A DNA stretch of 32,000 nucleotides from Candidatus Saccharimonadota bacterium. Lineage in GTDB: Bacteria > Patescibacteriota > Saccharimonadia > Saccharimonadales > Saccharimonadaceae. The notes under the pieces were generated by a model. That model saw only the letters and a program-made list of their open reading frames with translations, was not told the DNA's origin and did no database searches. The stretch spans positions 480,001 through 512,000 of the forward strand of contig CP006915.1 in assembly GCA_000503915.1 (NCBI GenBank), given 5' to 3'. A program made the position numbers and the translations under genes. This document shows positions 1 through 8,927 of this stretch, piece after piece (position 1 is the stretch's first letter; every line of letters starts with the position of its first letter).

Positions 1-1326
1 ATCGACAAAGTGATGGACAGTTGGTTCGAAGCTGGCAGTATGCCATTTGCACAGTTCCATTATCCGTTTGAAAACAAAGAAAAATTTGAAGAAAACTTCC
101 CAGGTGACTTTATCGTCGAGTACATCGGTCAAGTGCGTGCCTGGTTTTACTATATGCACGCTATGGCGATTGCATTGTTCGATGAAAACTCATTTAAAAA
201 CGTCATTACCACCGGAAACGTGGCCGGCAACGATGGCCGTAAGATGAGTAAAAGCTATGGCAACTATACTGATCCAAATGAACTGATGGACAAATTTAGT
301 GCTGATTCGCTGCGCTTTCTGCTGCTTTCCAGCCCGCTCTTAAACGGTGAAGATTTTGCGCTTCAGGACAAAGAGGTTGGCGATGTCGCGCGCAAGCTCG
401 GTATGATCTGGAACATGTACGATTTCTTCACGATGTACGCCGAAGTTGATGGCTGGGAGTTTGACGGGGAACTCAAAGACCCGCTCGATGAGGCTACTAA
501 TCCGCTCGATATTTGGATCATTTCGCGTCTCCATCAGCTAATTGAAGAGATTGAGAAAAACATGGATGTCTATAATCTCCCCGACGCGATGAATCCAATC
601 TTACCGTTCCTTGACGATGCGTCAAACTGGTACGTGCGCCGCAGCCGTCGCCGATTCTGGAAGTCGGAAGACGACGGAGACAAACAGATGGCCTACCAGA
701 CGCTTCATTATGTGCTGGTACGGCTAGCCTACGTGCTAGCGCCCTTCACGCCATTCCTCGCCGAGGAGCTGTATCATAATTTAACCGGTGATAAAGAATC
801 GATTCACCTCAAGGATTGGCTATCGGCGGGTCATATCAATAAGCTCGTGATGGACGACATGGAGACAGTGCGTGATTATGCTAACCAGGGGTTAAGCTTG
901 CGTGCAAAAGCCGGCCTGAAAGTGCGCCAGCCACTGGCTAGCGTCACGGTACCCAGCCTAGGTGAGTATGTAGAATTTGAACCAATCCTACTCGATGAGC
1001 TGAATGTTAGATCTGTAAAAATCGGTGATGCGGTGACGATCGATGAAACGTTGACACCAGAGCTGCGGCGCGAAGGTTTGATACGCGAAGTCATTCGCCA
1101 TATCCAAGCCGCACGCAAGAAAGCAAATCTTAAAGTGGATGACCATATCAGTCTTTCACTATCGACAGCTGGTGACAATGAGCTGACAAAAGCTATCAAC
1201 GAGCATGAAGATACAATCATGGCGGAAACACTGGCGGATCACATGGTGAAAGGCGACCTCGCCCACAGTGAGTCGGTGAAAGTTGAAGATGAAGAGCTAG
1301 TCATCTCTCTCGAAAAAGCTCACTAA
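1..1326 (+). CDS. ileS: Isoleucyl-tRNA synthetase, C-terminal part (5' end lies upstream of the window)
   Basis: Frame +1 is open from base 1. It carries the KMSKS motif (GRKMSKSYGNY) and the DSWFEAGSMPF and HYPFEN blocks typical of class I IleRS. The C-terminus has no Cys zinc knuckles, which fits the type-2/eukaryote-like form. Confidence 0.95.
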   Translation: MDKVMDSWFEAGSMPFAQFHYPFENKEKFEENFPGDFIVEYIGQVRAWFYYMHAMAIALFDENSFKNVITTGNVAGNDGRKMSKSYGNYTDPNELMDKFSADSLRFLLLSSPLLNGEDFALQDKEVGDVARKLGMIWNMYDFFTMYAEVDGWEFDGELKDPLDEATNPLDIWIISRLHQLIEEIEKNMDVYNLPDAMNPILPFLDDASNWYVRRSRRRFWKSEDDGDKQMAYQTLHYVLVRLAYVLAPFTPFLAEELYHNLTGDKESIHLKDWLSAGHINKLVMDDMETVRDYANQGLSLRAKAGLKVRQPLASVTVPSLGEYVEFEPILLDELNVRSVKIGDAVTIDETLTPELRREGLIREVIRHIQAARKKANLKVDDHISLSLSTAGDNELTKAINEHEDTIMAETLADHMVKGDLAHSESVKVEDEELVISLEKAH

Positions 1327-2120
1327 TTAGTTCGTACGTCGCGGCGTAGGAAACCAATCCAACCGATGATGGTGAGAACGACGATAGCTCCAATAATGAC
1401 AAGCAAGTTCGTTTCATCGAGGCCATTGCTCATAATTTGTGGATTGTTGTAGTAGTGTAGTAGTGAAAACTTATCAAGGATTTCCAGCTTATCGACGGCC
1501 GGAGCCAGTGAGGTGATGAACAAGCTGGCGACAGCATAGCCACAGGCAAGTAGTAGCGTCAAGCCGCGACTGCCCGTAAACATAGCGATGACGTAGACGA
1601 TGACTCCATAGGCGATGTTGATGAGGCTAAAAGCGAGCAGTGATTGCCAGACTAGTGTAAAGTCGGTTGATTCGTCAATGACGAGCAGTGCCAGCCAAAT
1701 CGCTAGGACAACACTTGCGCAGATGACGGTAACGACCGTGATGGCGGCGAGCCATTTCTGAAAGTAGACACGGGTGCGACTGACCGGAAAGCTGAGAAGA
1801 GACTGCATGCGGCCGTCGGCTTCTTCGCTGGCGCTGATACCGAGGAAAATGAGGATCGCCATGATAAGCGAAATGATATAAAGATTCGGGCCGAAGATTT
1901 GTTGGCCGATGTAGCCAGGGACAGTTTTAAAATCAGCCACGTCGCCGACTAGGCTTTTAAGCGAATCAGGCACGGAATTGACAATATCTTCAATACCCGT
2001 CTGGCTAAAAGAAGGGTAGAGCACCATAGTAGAGAACGACATAGCCGCGAGACCAACCAACCAACCGAGTAGTTGCCAGCGTAGGCTGTAAAGACTTTTG
2101 AAATAGATATTCCTAAACAT
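1323..2120 (-). CDS. ABC-2 type transporter permease
   Basis: This 265 aa protein has several hydrophobic helices. Its start overlaps the stop of the upstream ATPase gene by 8 nt (2113-2120), the typical exporter pair arrangement. Confidence 0.75.
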   Translation of the reverse strand: MFRNIYFKSLYSLRWQLLGWLVGLAAMSFSTMVLYPSFSQTGIEDIVNSVPDSLKSLVGDVADFKTVPGYIGQQIFGPNLYIISLIMAILIFLGISASEEADGRMQSLLSFPVSRTRVYFQKWLAAITVVTVICASVVLAIWLALLVIDESTDFTLVWQSLLAFSLINIAYGVIVYVIAMFTGSRGLTLLLACGYAVASLFITSLAPAVDKLEILDKFSLLHYYNNPQIMSNGLDETNLLVIIGAIVVLTIIGWIGFLRRDVRTN

Positions 2121-3039
2121 GGCGACCTTTCTTTGTCGTGGGAGCGCTATAGTATTCCATGAATAGTTCGTCGAGCGCCGGTTCTAGAATCTGTAAGTCA
2201 CTGATCGGCTTGGTGGCGAGGATGTGAAGTAACTCGGTGTAATCACCGCTGAAGGTAAAGGCTCGTCGTTTGCCGTGGATATGAAAGTCGCTGACACCCT
2301 TTAAAGTACGCAGGCGGCTATCGGGAGCCCCTGATGGGTAAAGCGCACTGACACGGTGAGCAACATTCTCGAGAAGTTCTTCTAACGTGCTGACACGAAT
2401 CAACTTACCATCACGGATAAAACCGATGCGGTGGCAGGCGGCTTGGACTTCGGAGAGAACATGCGAGCTCATAAATGTTGTTTTGCCACGTGCTGCGTGG
2501 TCACGGATAATAGCATTGAACTCATTTTGTACCAGTGGATCGAGGCCGGATGTCGGCTCATCGAGTATCAGTACGTCAGGGTCGTGCATTAGTGCACTGA
2601 CGAGGCCGATTTTCTGACGGTTACCACGCGAAAGATGCTTTATCTTTTTGTTGGTCTCACAGCGAAGTTGCTTGACTAGCTTATCGACTGCCTCAGCCGA
2701 CACGCCGCCGCGTAAATGTGCGGCATATTGAAGATATTGCTTACCAGTCAGGCTGGAGTCCGTCTCCATATCACCAGCTAAGTAACCGATGTGACGATGT
2801 ACCTGAACACTATCGTCATGTGCGTCCAGGCCAAGGACTTCAATCGTGCCGCTGTCGGGACGCAGTAAATCAAGGATCGTGTTTATGGTTGTCGATTTGC
2901 CGGCACCGTTTGGTCCCAAGAAGCCGAATATTTCACCTTGGGAAATGGTAAGCGATATATTTTCGATACCTCGAGACTTACCATAACTCTTTGTGACGTG
3001 CGACAGCTCGAGAGCGGGAGTAGAAGGCAGACGTTTCAT
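2113..3039 (-). CDS. ABC transporter ATP-binding protein
   Basis: It has Walker A GPNGAGKST, signature LSRGNRQK and Walker B LILDEPTSGLD. I moved the start to ATG 3039 (MKRLPS...) because the 17-codon extension to 3090 is non-homologous. Confidence 0.9.
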   Translation of the reverse strand: MKRLPSTPALELSHVTKSYGKSRGIENISLTISQGEIFGFLGPNGAGKSTTINTILDLLRPDSGTIEVLGLDAHDDSVQVHRHIGYLAGDMETDSSLTGKQYLQYAAHLRGGVSAEAVDKLVKQLRCETNKKIKHLSRGNRQKIGLVSALMHDPDVLILDEPTSGLDPLVQNEFNAIIRDHAARGKTTFMSSHVLSEVQAACHRIGFIRDGKLIRVSTLEELLENVAHRVSALYPSGAPDSRLRTLKGVSDFHIHGKRRAFTFSGDYTELLHILATKPISDLQILEPALDELFMEYYSAPTTKKGRHV

Positions 3040-3103
3040 TAATTTAAGCCTATACCCTTCTAACGTAAGCGTCAACCATGTAAGCGGCAATAGGGAAAGG
3101 ATA

Positions 3104-3132
3104 TTGACAATTCATTGTGTTTATGTTAGACT
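3104..3132 (+). promoter_or_regulatory. Sigma-70-like promoter: TTGACA, 17 nt spacer, TAGACT with a TG extension
   Basis: TTGACA lies at 3104-3109, followed by a 17 nt spacer and TGtTAGACT ending at 3132. It sits upstream of the ORF starting at 3159. Confidence 0.4.
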
Positions 3133-3158
3133 GATAAAGTAAATTATAAAAAACAAAC

Positions 3159-3365
3159 ATGATATTTTTTAAACGTAAACTAGCTTTTCTACCGATTGAT
3201 CCACTTGGTGATGGACTCGGCGATGAAATCGCTCGAGAGCGGCGCGAGTCGGAAGCGATTACACTTGAGGAGCAGCTGGATGACCAGCTCGCTAGCAAAT
3301 GGGATGAAATTTTAAACGATGCCCATAAAGATCCCGAGTGGTTTGATTTTGCGAGTGACGAATAA
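3159..3365 (+). CDS. Hypothetical small acidic protein (68 aa)
   Basis: The ORF lies downstream of a canonical promoter. Its leader is A-rich with no Shine-Dalgarno sequence, and I recognise no domain. Confidence 0.4.
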   Translation: MIFFKRKLAFLPIDPLGDGLGDEIARERRESEAITLEEQLDDQLASKWDEILNDAHKDPEWFDFASDE

Positions 3366-3372
3366 AAGCGTC

Positions 3373-3401
3373 TTGACGTCCTTGAAGCGTGAGCGTATAA
3401 C
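3373..3401 (+). promoter_or_regulatory. Sigma-70-like promoter: TTGACG, 17 nt spacer, TATAAC
   Basis: TTGACG lies at 3373-3378 and TATAAC at 3396-3401. It would give an AT-rich leader of about 80 nt before ATG 3487. Confidence 0.4.
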
Positions 3402-3486
3402 AAGGCTATTATCTAGGGTCAAATAAACAATAATTGAATACGACATTAGGTAAAGCCCTTTAGGAAACAGAGAGGAGGTGAGGGTA

Positions 3487-3765
3487 ATGTCTGCTGTCAC
3501 TGCCGCGCAGTTACAAGACGCTGCGCACGGATGTCTCGCTGATCTTTACCTGCTGTCCCGCGAAGGGAAAGTAGTGTACGGACACGACGTCGTGGAGTTG
3601 GTTGACGACTTCTGTATCCGTGCCAAGTGCACCCATGCTGTCGGCTCACTGCCGGCGCCGCTTGGGTCGCTCTACCGCGAAGCCTGCTGCCAGCCGAGGA
3701 GAATCTTCTCGGGCAGTAAGCTCAACCAGCTACTGTGCGACCTTGCACAAGGCATAGCTGCCTGA
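3487..3765 (+). CDS. Hypothetical Cys-rich small protein (92 aa), GC-rich orphan
   Basis: GGAGG at 3474-3478 lies 8 nt before ATG 3487. This is the only long open frame in the region. It encodes 6 Cys residues and is followed by a strong hairpin. I recognise no family. Confidence 0.5.
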   Translation: MSAVTAAQLQDAAHGCLADLYLLSREGKVVYGHDVVELVDDFCIRAKCTHAVGSLPAPLGSLYREACCQPRRIFSGSKLNQLLCDLAQGIAA

Positions 3766-3780
3766 TCTGTTTACCCAATA

Positions 3781-3807
3781 GGGGTGCCGCGTATGAAGTG
3801 GCACCCC
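3781..3807. terminator. Strong GC hairpin without a U-tract (GGGGTGCC, 11 nt loop, GGCACCCC)
   Basis: The 8 bp perfect stem extends to 10 bp with the flanking TA pairs. It lies 16 nt after the stop at 3765. Neither strand has a T-run, so intrinsic terminator function is uncertain. Confidence 0.35.
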
Positions 3808-3843
3808 TAAAACATGTCTAAATAGTGCTATACTTAGTACAGT

Positions 3844-4236
3844 ATGAGAGAGATTTCCGACGACGAATTTGACCAGTTGATTTCGCGGGCGATGGATGAA
3901 TTACCACAGGAGTATATTCGCGGTCTACAAAATGTTGCCATTGTGATGGCGGATGAGCCAAATGATCTGCAAAGGGAGCGTATAAAGTTGCGTCATGATA
4001 ATTTACTCCTCGGTCTTTATGAGGGCGTGCCGCTGACGCATCGAAATGGCAACGAGTCGGGCATTCTACCAGATAAGATCACGCTATTTAAATATCCGAT
4101 TCTCGCGGTCGTGAACAATGAGCAAAGTTTATTTGAGCAAATCAAGCGCACATTGTGGCACGAGATCGCTCATTATTACGGGCTGGATCATGGACGGATC
4201 CATCATCTGGAGACCAAGCGAAACGTTGTAGAATAA
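3844..4236 (+). CDS. Zincin-like metallopeptidase family protein (DUF1025/Zincin_1-like)
   Basis: It has an HExxH-type motif (WHEIAHYYGLDH) near the C-terminus and is about 130 aa. The overall pattern matches small cytosolic 'possible zinc metallopeptidase' proteins. Confidence 0.7.
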   Translation: MREISDDEFDQLISRAMDELPQEYIRGLQNVAIVMADEPNDLQRERIKLRHDNLLLGLYEGVPLTHRNGNESGILPDKITLFKYPILAVVNNEQSLFEQIKRTLWHEIAHYYGLDHGRIHHLETKRNVVE

Positions 4237-4301
4237 ATCTGCTTACGGTACAATAGAAGTAGCTACATATCACGTCTTGGGGTGACGAGGAGAGGTAGGG
4301 G

Positions 4302-4952
4302 ATGAACGTGCGAGGACAATCATCACTCAAGGGAGCTTATCTACTGCTTATATTGGCCGGGTTATGGCTCGTGCCAACACTTGTCGTGGCGTTCTCTCCG
4401 CTCCGTGCGCAGGCGCTCGTGCCGGAGCTTTTTGGTTCGGGCAAACTAAAGCGGGCCAACCTTTCTATCGATATAAAGAAGACAACTTCCTACACGTCTT
4501 CACTGTTTACATCGCGTGATAATTCTTCCTCATCGGTGAATAAAACAAGCCCAGACAAGGGTGATAAAAGTAAGGTAAACAATTCATCCGATACATCCAC
4601 GACGTCAGCGCCCTCGACAAAGACGACTACTCCGGCAGGGAGCACTACTTCAGCGCCAACACCGAAACAAGCGGCAACGTATCCGACGCTTTCGCTTGTG
4701 GCCAAGCCACTCAAGGCCGTCACACTACCAGCGGCAACATTGGTGAGCGCTGGAGTAGCTCCGGTACCCTCACCGGTCGTCCTGACCGATGGCAGACCAC
4801 GTCTGGTCGTGCTTGAACCGTCAGATGAGGGGTGGCGGGTCTTTGGAGTAGCATGGTACTGGTGGATCGCGGCGATAATTTTAGGTGGCGGTGGGGCAAT
4901 TGCAATGCGTGAATTTAGGAGGGTAACGAAAACAGAGGAGAGCTGGGCGTAA
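4302..4952 (+). CDS. Secreted Ser/Thr/Pro-rich protein with a C-terminal AWYWW, TM helix and Arg-cluster anchor
   Basis: The N-terminal signal peptide is ...LRAQA|LV. A long low-complexity S/T-rich linker follows. The C-terminus reads GVAWYWWIAAIILGGGGAIAMREFRR. An SD-like GAGGAGAGG lies upstream. Confidence 0.7.
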   Translation: MNVRGQSSLKGAYLLLILAGLWLVPTLVVAFSPLRAQALVPELFGSGKLKRANLSIDIKKTTSYTSSLFTSRDNSSSSVNKTSPDKGDKSKVNNSSDTSTTSAPSTKTTTPAGSTTSAPTPKQAATYPTLSLVAKPLKAVTLPAATLVSAGVAPVPSPVVLTDGRPRLVVLEPSDEGWRVFGVAWYWWIAAIILGGGGAIAMREFRRVTKTEESWA

Positions 4953-4992
4953 CGAATAACTCGAAGAACAGAAAATCGTTTGACGCTTATGT

Positions 4993-5020
4993 TTGCTTAA
5001 AATAACACGAGGGGTATACT
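4993..5020 (+). promoter_or_regulatory. Promoter: TTGCTT, 16 nt spacer, TATACT
   Basis: TTGCTT lies at 4993-4998 and TATACT at 5015-5020, upstream of the 947 aa gene. Confidence 0.4.
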
Positions 5021-5079
5021 GAAATCAGTAAATATATAATCCTGTAAGTGGAGTTGCGGGAAAAGCGAGGATAGGTCTC

Positions 5080-7923
5080 ATGGTATTACATTTTAAAAGT
5101 AAAAGCCCCCTTCGAGTTAACAAACTTGCCGGGGCATTCATTGCGATTGCAGCATTTTTGGTGCAACCGCTGGTAACACTAAACATTCCGAGTGCATTTG
5201 CGGTTTCGGGTCCTCAGTACTACGTGCGTGCTGACGGTAGTGACACAAACTGTGATGGCTCTGCGAATGTCGCAGATGCTGACACGACTACGACGGCATG
5301 TGCCAAAGCAACCGTCCAGGCGGGTATTAATGCCGCTGGTAGCGATGCAACCGTTCACATTGGTTCTGGCAGCTTTAGCGCCAGCCAATATTTAGTTCTT
5401 GCTGGTCATGATAACCTGACGATAGACGGAGACGGTAAGACGCACACGACACTGCAACTTACCGCTGCCTATGATGGTTTCAAGGTGCAAGCAAACAACG
5501 TTACGCTATCAGACTTCACGATCGATGGCACCTCGGTCGCAAATTACGGCCTCCGCGCCCAAGGTGTCGACAACCTCACGGTTGATAATGTCAAAACTAC
5601 TAAGATGAAAAAGACAGGTTTTGATATCAATGGTGTCACCAACTCCTCATTCACGGATTTGACCGCTACAGACAATGGCGGAAACGGTTTTTCGGTAACT
5701 GATACGTTAAATCTTACTTTCACTGACACACGTTCTTCTGGCAACGCATGGGGCGGCATGGGCATTTATACTCACGGTGGAGCATTTGTTGGTCGCTGTG
5801 GCGTGGATGGTATTAGCTTCAGTGGAGTTCTAAACTTGCAAGAAGTCGGAGCCCTCTATACTGGAATCGACAGCTCTACCTGTACCTCTATCACTAATGT
5901 AAATATTCCAAGCACGGCCCTTCCGTATAAGGTCACATTAAACAACACCGACCCACAGGATATTTATACCGCTAGCCAGGCCAATGCCGAATCGCTTGTT
6001 AGTGCTTACGGTGCGCTTTCTCCAGTAGTGAGGAGCACCGAGACGGGGCACTACGTTGTGGTCGGTGGCCAAACTATCCAATCGGTCATTAACGCTGCTC
6101 CGGCCGGTAGTGTCATCGACGTTCCGGCAGGTACCTACCCAGAAAGCGTATCGGTGAATAAAGCCGTGACACTGGTCGGTGCGGGAAGCGACGATACGGG
6201 AACGGTTATCTCGGGTACGAGCGGTACGGGTCTTAGTCTTTCGGCCGGTACTGACGCGACACATCGTGTTGTTGTCCAAAACCTTAAAGTCACAGGCTTT
6301 ACGACCGGCGTGACGGCAAGCAGCTACAACACGCTGGAAAATGTCGTTAGCACCGGAAACGCTAGCTACGGCATTAGCCTCAATAGCTTGAACGATCTAA
6401 ACATTGCAAGCTCTAAATTTAATAACAACACAGTCGGTTTGAAACTTAGCTCGGCAGCAAGCGCCAACAATGTGCAAATCACCAACAGTGAATTTAACGG
6501 TAACAGCGCCCATGGCTGGTACTCTGACAAAAGTGCAGCAAGTGGTTCGTACTTAACAAACCTATCGGTGGCTAATACGAGCTTTAGTGATAACGGCCAA
6601 AAAGGTTTTTACACTGAAAAGCTTTCGTACGCAACATTTGACCATGTCACTATAAACAATAGTGGCTTCACCGGTAGTTATGGTTCTGGTCTTAATATCA
6701 ATCTGAAGTATGGTAATTACCAAAATATTACCATTCAAAACTCAGTAGTCACGAATTCTGGCCGAGGCGATGCACTCTACGGTACAGGTATTAATATCGA
6801 AGCACGCGATGACGGCTCCTACGCCAGTAATCCTGCAACGCTCAACAATGTGACGATTTCAGGCGGTCAGGTAACGGACAATCAAGTTGGTCTACGCTTC
6901 GGTGAATCTGGCAAGAACAATGCTGGTCCGACAGGCGTGACTATCATGGGAGTTAATCTGAGTGGCAACGTTGCAGAAGCGATCAATAATCAAACGACGG
7001 CGACCATCACCGCAGTCGGTAACTGGTGGGGCCATGAGACTGGTCCAACAGCAGGTCAGTACACCGGCGATGTCATCGTTACTCCATGGTGTGACGTCGC
7101 GGACTGCAGCAGTTTGTTTTCAGATGAACCCGTACAGCTAGAGGTTTCTGACGGGCAAGGTACGACGGACGTTCCTCTAGCTCTCAGTAGCTCTACGCCG
7201 AGCGGTCCGGTATCGGTAGAAATTCCAGAAAATACGACGATAACAAGTGACTCAGGTTGGGACGGAACTATCACACCGCCCACAATAGATACAACTTACG
7301 ATGTGCCTGGAGCAAGCAACACGACTGGATTAGTCATTACAGTGGGCTCGGATGAATACAGCCTGTCATTTGACAAGCCAGTAAAGCTTATCCTACCTGG
7401 CCAGAAAGGCAAGCTGGTGGGCTGGCAGGCTCCTGGCAGCAGTACATTTACCCCAATTACGACCGATTGTAGTACATACCTGCCCGACCTAAACGCTGGT
7501 ATGCCAGTTGGCGGTGATTGTAAAACCACAGATGATACTGATCTTGTCATCTGGACAAAACACTTTACAACCTTCGCAACTTATACGGTGGCAACGACAA
7601 ATGGCGATGGATCGGGCGGCGGCTCAGGCGGCGGCACTACAACTACCAGCCCGGCGCCGACTCCAACGACGATTTTTGGCGGAGTCTTTAACGTCACACC
7701 GAACCAGGGTACGAAATCTGGTAACGGCATCAAAGACGATAACGGTGAAATTCTTGGTACTAATACGTCACCAAAGAAAACTACTGCGAATGCAAGTGCT
7801 AAAGATAATGGCGGCATTATCCTTGGCTTGGCCTGGTACTGGTGGGTTGCCATCCTGGCAGTACTAGGACTCGTCTGGTGGGGCTTCAGCGCATGGCGCA
7901 CCCGTCGTAGCGACACTTTCTAG
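5080..7923 (+). CDS. Large surface protein with two right-handed parallel beta-helix (PbH1/NosD-like) regions and a C-terminal AWYWW anchor
   Basis: The signal peptide is ...PSAFA|VS. YYVRADGSD is a beta-helix N-cap-like start. Repeated NxT(I/L/V)xxxx(I/V) rungs are present. A second module has INAAPAGSVIDVPAGTYPESV and NWWG motifs. A Gly/Thr/Pro linker precedes the C-terminus GLAWYWWVAILAVLGLVWWGFSAWRTRR. Confidence 0.85.
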   Translation: MVLHFKSKSPLRVNKLAGAFIAIAAFLVQPLVTLNIPSAFAVSGPQYYVRADGSDTNCDGSANVADADTTTTACAKATVQAGINAAGSDATVHIGSGSFSASQYLVLAGHDNLTIDGDGKTHTTLQLTAAYDGFKVQANNVTLSDFTIDGTSVANYGLRAQGVDNLTVDNVKTTKMKKTGFDINGVTNSSFTDLTATDNGGNGFSVTDTLNLTFTDTRSSGNAWGGMGIYTHGGAFVGRCGVDGISFSGVLNLQEVGALYTGIDSSTCTSITNVNIPSTALPYKVTLNNTDPQDIYTASQANAESLVSAYGALSPVVRSTETGHYVVVGGQTIQSVINAAPAGSVIDVPAGTYPESVSVNKAVTLVGAGSDDTGTVISGTSGTGLSLSAGTDATHRVVVQNLKVTGFTTGVTASSYNTLENVVSTGNASYGISLNSLNDLNIASSKFNNNTVGLKLSSAASANNVQITNSEFNGNSAHGWYSDKSAASGSYLTNLSVANTSFSDNGQKGFYTEKLSYATFDHVTINNSGFTGSYGSGLNINLKYGNYQNITIQNSVVTNSGRGDALYGTGINIEARDDGSYASNPATLNNVTISGGQVTDNQVGLRFGESGKNNAGPTGVTIMGVNLSGNVAEAINNQTTATITAVGNWWGHETGPTAGQYTGDVIVTPWCDVADCSSLFSDEPVQLEVSDGQGTTDVPLALSSSTPSGPVSVEIPENTTITSDSGWDGTITPPTIDTTYDVPGASNTTGLVITVGSDEYSLSFDKPVKLILPGQKGKLVGWQAPGSSTFTPITTDCSTYLPDLNAGMPVGGDCKTTDDTDLVIWTKHFTTFATYTVATTNGDGSGGGSGGGTTTTSPAPTPTTIFGGVFNVTPNQGTKSGNGIKDDNGEILGTNTSPKKTTANASAKDNGGIILGLAWYWWVAILAVLGLVWWGFSAWRTRRSDTF

Positions 7924-7948
7924 ATTGCTAAACTACGACTTCAAGAGA

Positions 7949-7983
7949 AGCGGCTCCCTAAAGTAGGAGCCGCTCTTGTTTTT
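7949..7983 (+). terminator. Rho-independent terminator
   Basis: AGCGGCTCC, an 8 nt loop and GGAGCCGCT are followed by CTTGTTTTT. Confidence 0.75.
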
Positions 7984-8030
7984 CCTAAACCGGTGCTATA
8001 CTTATAGAATAAGCGATACAACATAAAAAT

Positions 8031-8918
8031 ATGCCAAAACGAAACGTCACGAAAAAAACGCTGCATACCCGCGTCCGCCGCGGTATTAAAAATACTGTCG
8101 TGCCGCACAAGAAAAACGGCTACCGTCCGCATCTGATCAGAGGAACGGGAATTGCTGTGGTAGTAACAGTGGTCGTCGCAGCGCAGCTACTTAGCGGTCT
8201 CGTACCGCGAGGCACGATACTGGGCAATGAGACCGATGTGACGATGGAGCGATTGCTCGCTGCTACTAATGAGCAGCGCGTTCGCCAGGGTGAAGCGCCA
8301 TTGACGCTCGACCAGAAACTGAATTACGCCGCCACCGAGAAAGCTCACGATATGCTAGCGGGTCAGTACTGGGCACATGTATCACCCAGTGGTGCCACGC
8401 CGTGGACTTGGTTTAAAAAAGCCGGCTACCACTACAGTTATGCCGGCGAAAACCTTGCTAAGGGCTTTCTGACTTCTTCGGGCGTTGTGACGGCTTGGAT
8501 GAACTCTACCGAGCACCGCGATAACGTGCTAAATGAGCATTATACGAATGTTGGTTTTGCTGTGGTAAACGGCTCACTGGACGGTGAATCGACTAATATT
8601 ATCGTCGCGCTTTATGGCCGACCAGTAGCAAAAACAGCCGTTGCCACTGGTGAGACAGTACTCGCTGCAACTGATGAACCAATGAGCCTGGCGGCACATC
8701 TCGGCGTAGCCTTGCAGTCGATGAGCCCGGCAGTGCTGACATCGCTACTGCTCACTATATTCACGATCTTTATTGCGCTGACAGCGCACATGTACCGCAA
8801 AAAACTGCCCAAGCAAGTCCGTCAGACATGGCGTCGTCATCATGGCCTATATAAAGCAGTTGGCATGAGCTCACTGGCGGTCGTTTTACTTGCGCTGTAC
8901 GGTGGCGGACAAATTTAG
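8031..8918 (+). CDS. Membrane-anchored CAP/SCP (YkwD-like) domain protein
   Basis: A basic N-terminus and TM helix are followed by a CAP-like core (QRVRQGEAPLTLDQKLNYAA...AGENLA...WMNSTEHRDNVLN..YTNVGFAV). The C-terminus has two further hydrophobic helices. Confidence 0.8.
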   Translation: MPKRNVTKKTLHTRVRRGIKNTVVPHKKNGYRPHLIRGTGIAVVVTVVVAAQLLSGLVPRGTILGNETDVTMERLLAATNEQRVRQGEAPLTLDQKLNYAATEKAHDMLAGQYWAHVSPSGATPWTWFKKAGYHYSYAGENLAKGFLTSSGVVTAWMNSTEHRDNVLNEHYTNVGFAVVNGSLDGESTNIIVALYGRPVAKTAVATGETVLAATDEPMSLAAHLGVALQSMSPAVLTSLLLTIFTIFIALTAHMYRKKLPKQVRQTWRRHHGLYKAVGMSSLAVVLLALYGGGQI

Positions 8919-8927
8919 GGTATAATT

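Noticed and set aside
1321-1330. Convergent genes have overlapping stop codons: ileS with the ABC permease at 1323-1326, and htrA with prmC at 16544-16547.
   Set aside because: This is simple genome compaction. I saw no hairpin or regulatory structure associated with either overlap.
3400-3810. The GC-rich segment might be a structured RNA (RNase P RNA, tmRNA or SRP RNA). The ORF even ends ...GIAA*, which resembles a tmRNA tag.
   Set aside because: I could not find the hallmark sequences on either strand: no GAGGAAAGTCC or ACAGAA..GGCTTA P4 elements, no tRNA-like GGTTCGA T-arm or CCA end, and no GGAAGCAGCC SRP motif. The frame has a near-ideal SD and ATG. I kept it as a CDS and flagged it for an Rfam scan.
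7508-7916. Overlapping ORFs 7508-7867(+) and 7581-7916(-) at the 3' end of the beta-helix gene.
   Set aside because: They arise from the low-complexity Gly/Thr/Pro linker and the anchor region of the 947 aa gene. They have no independent start signals.
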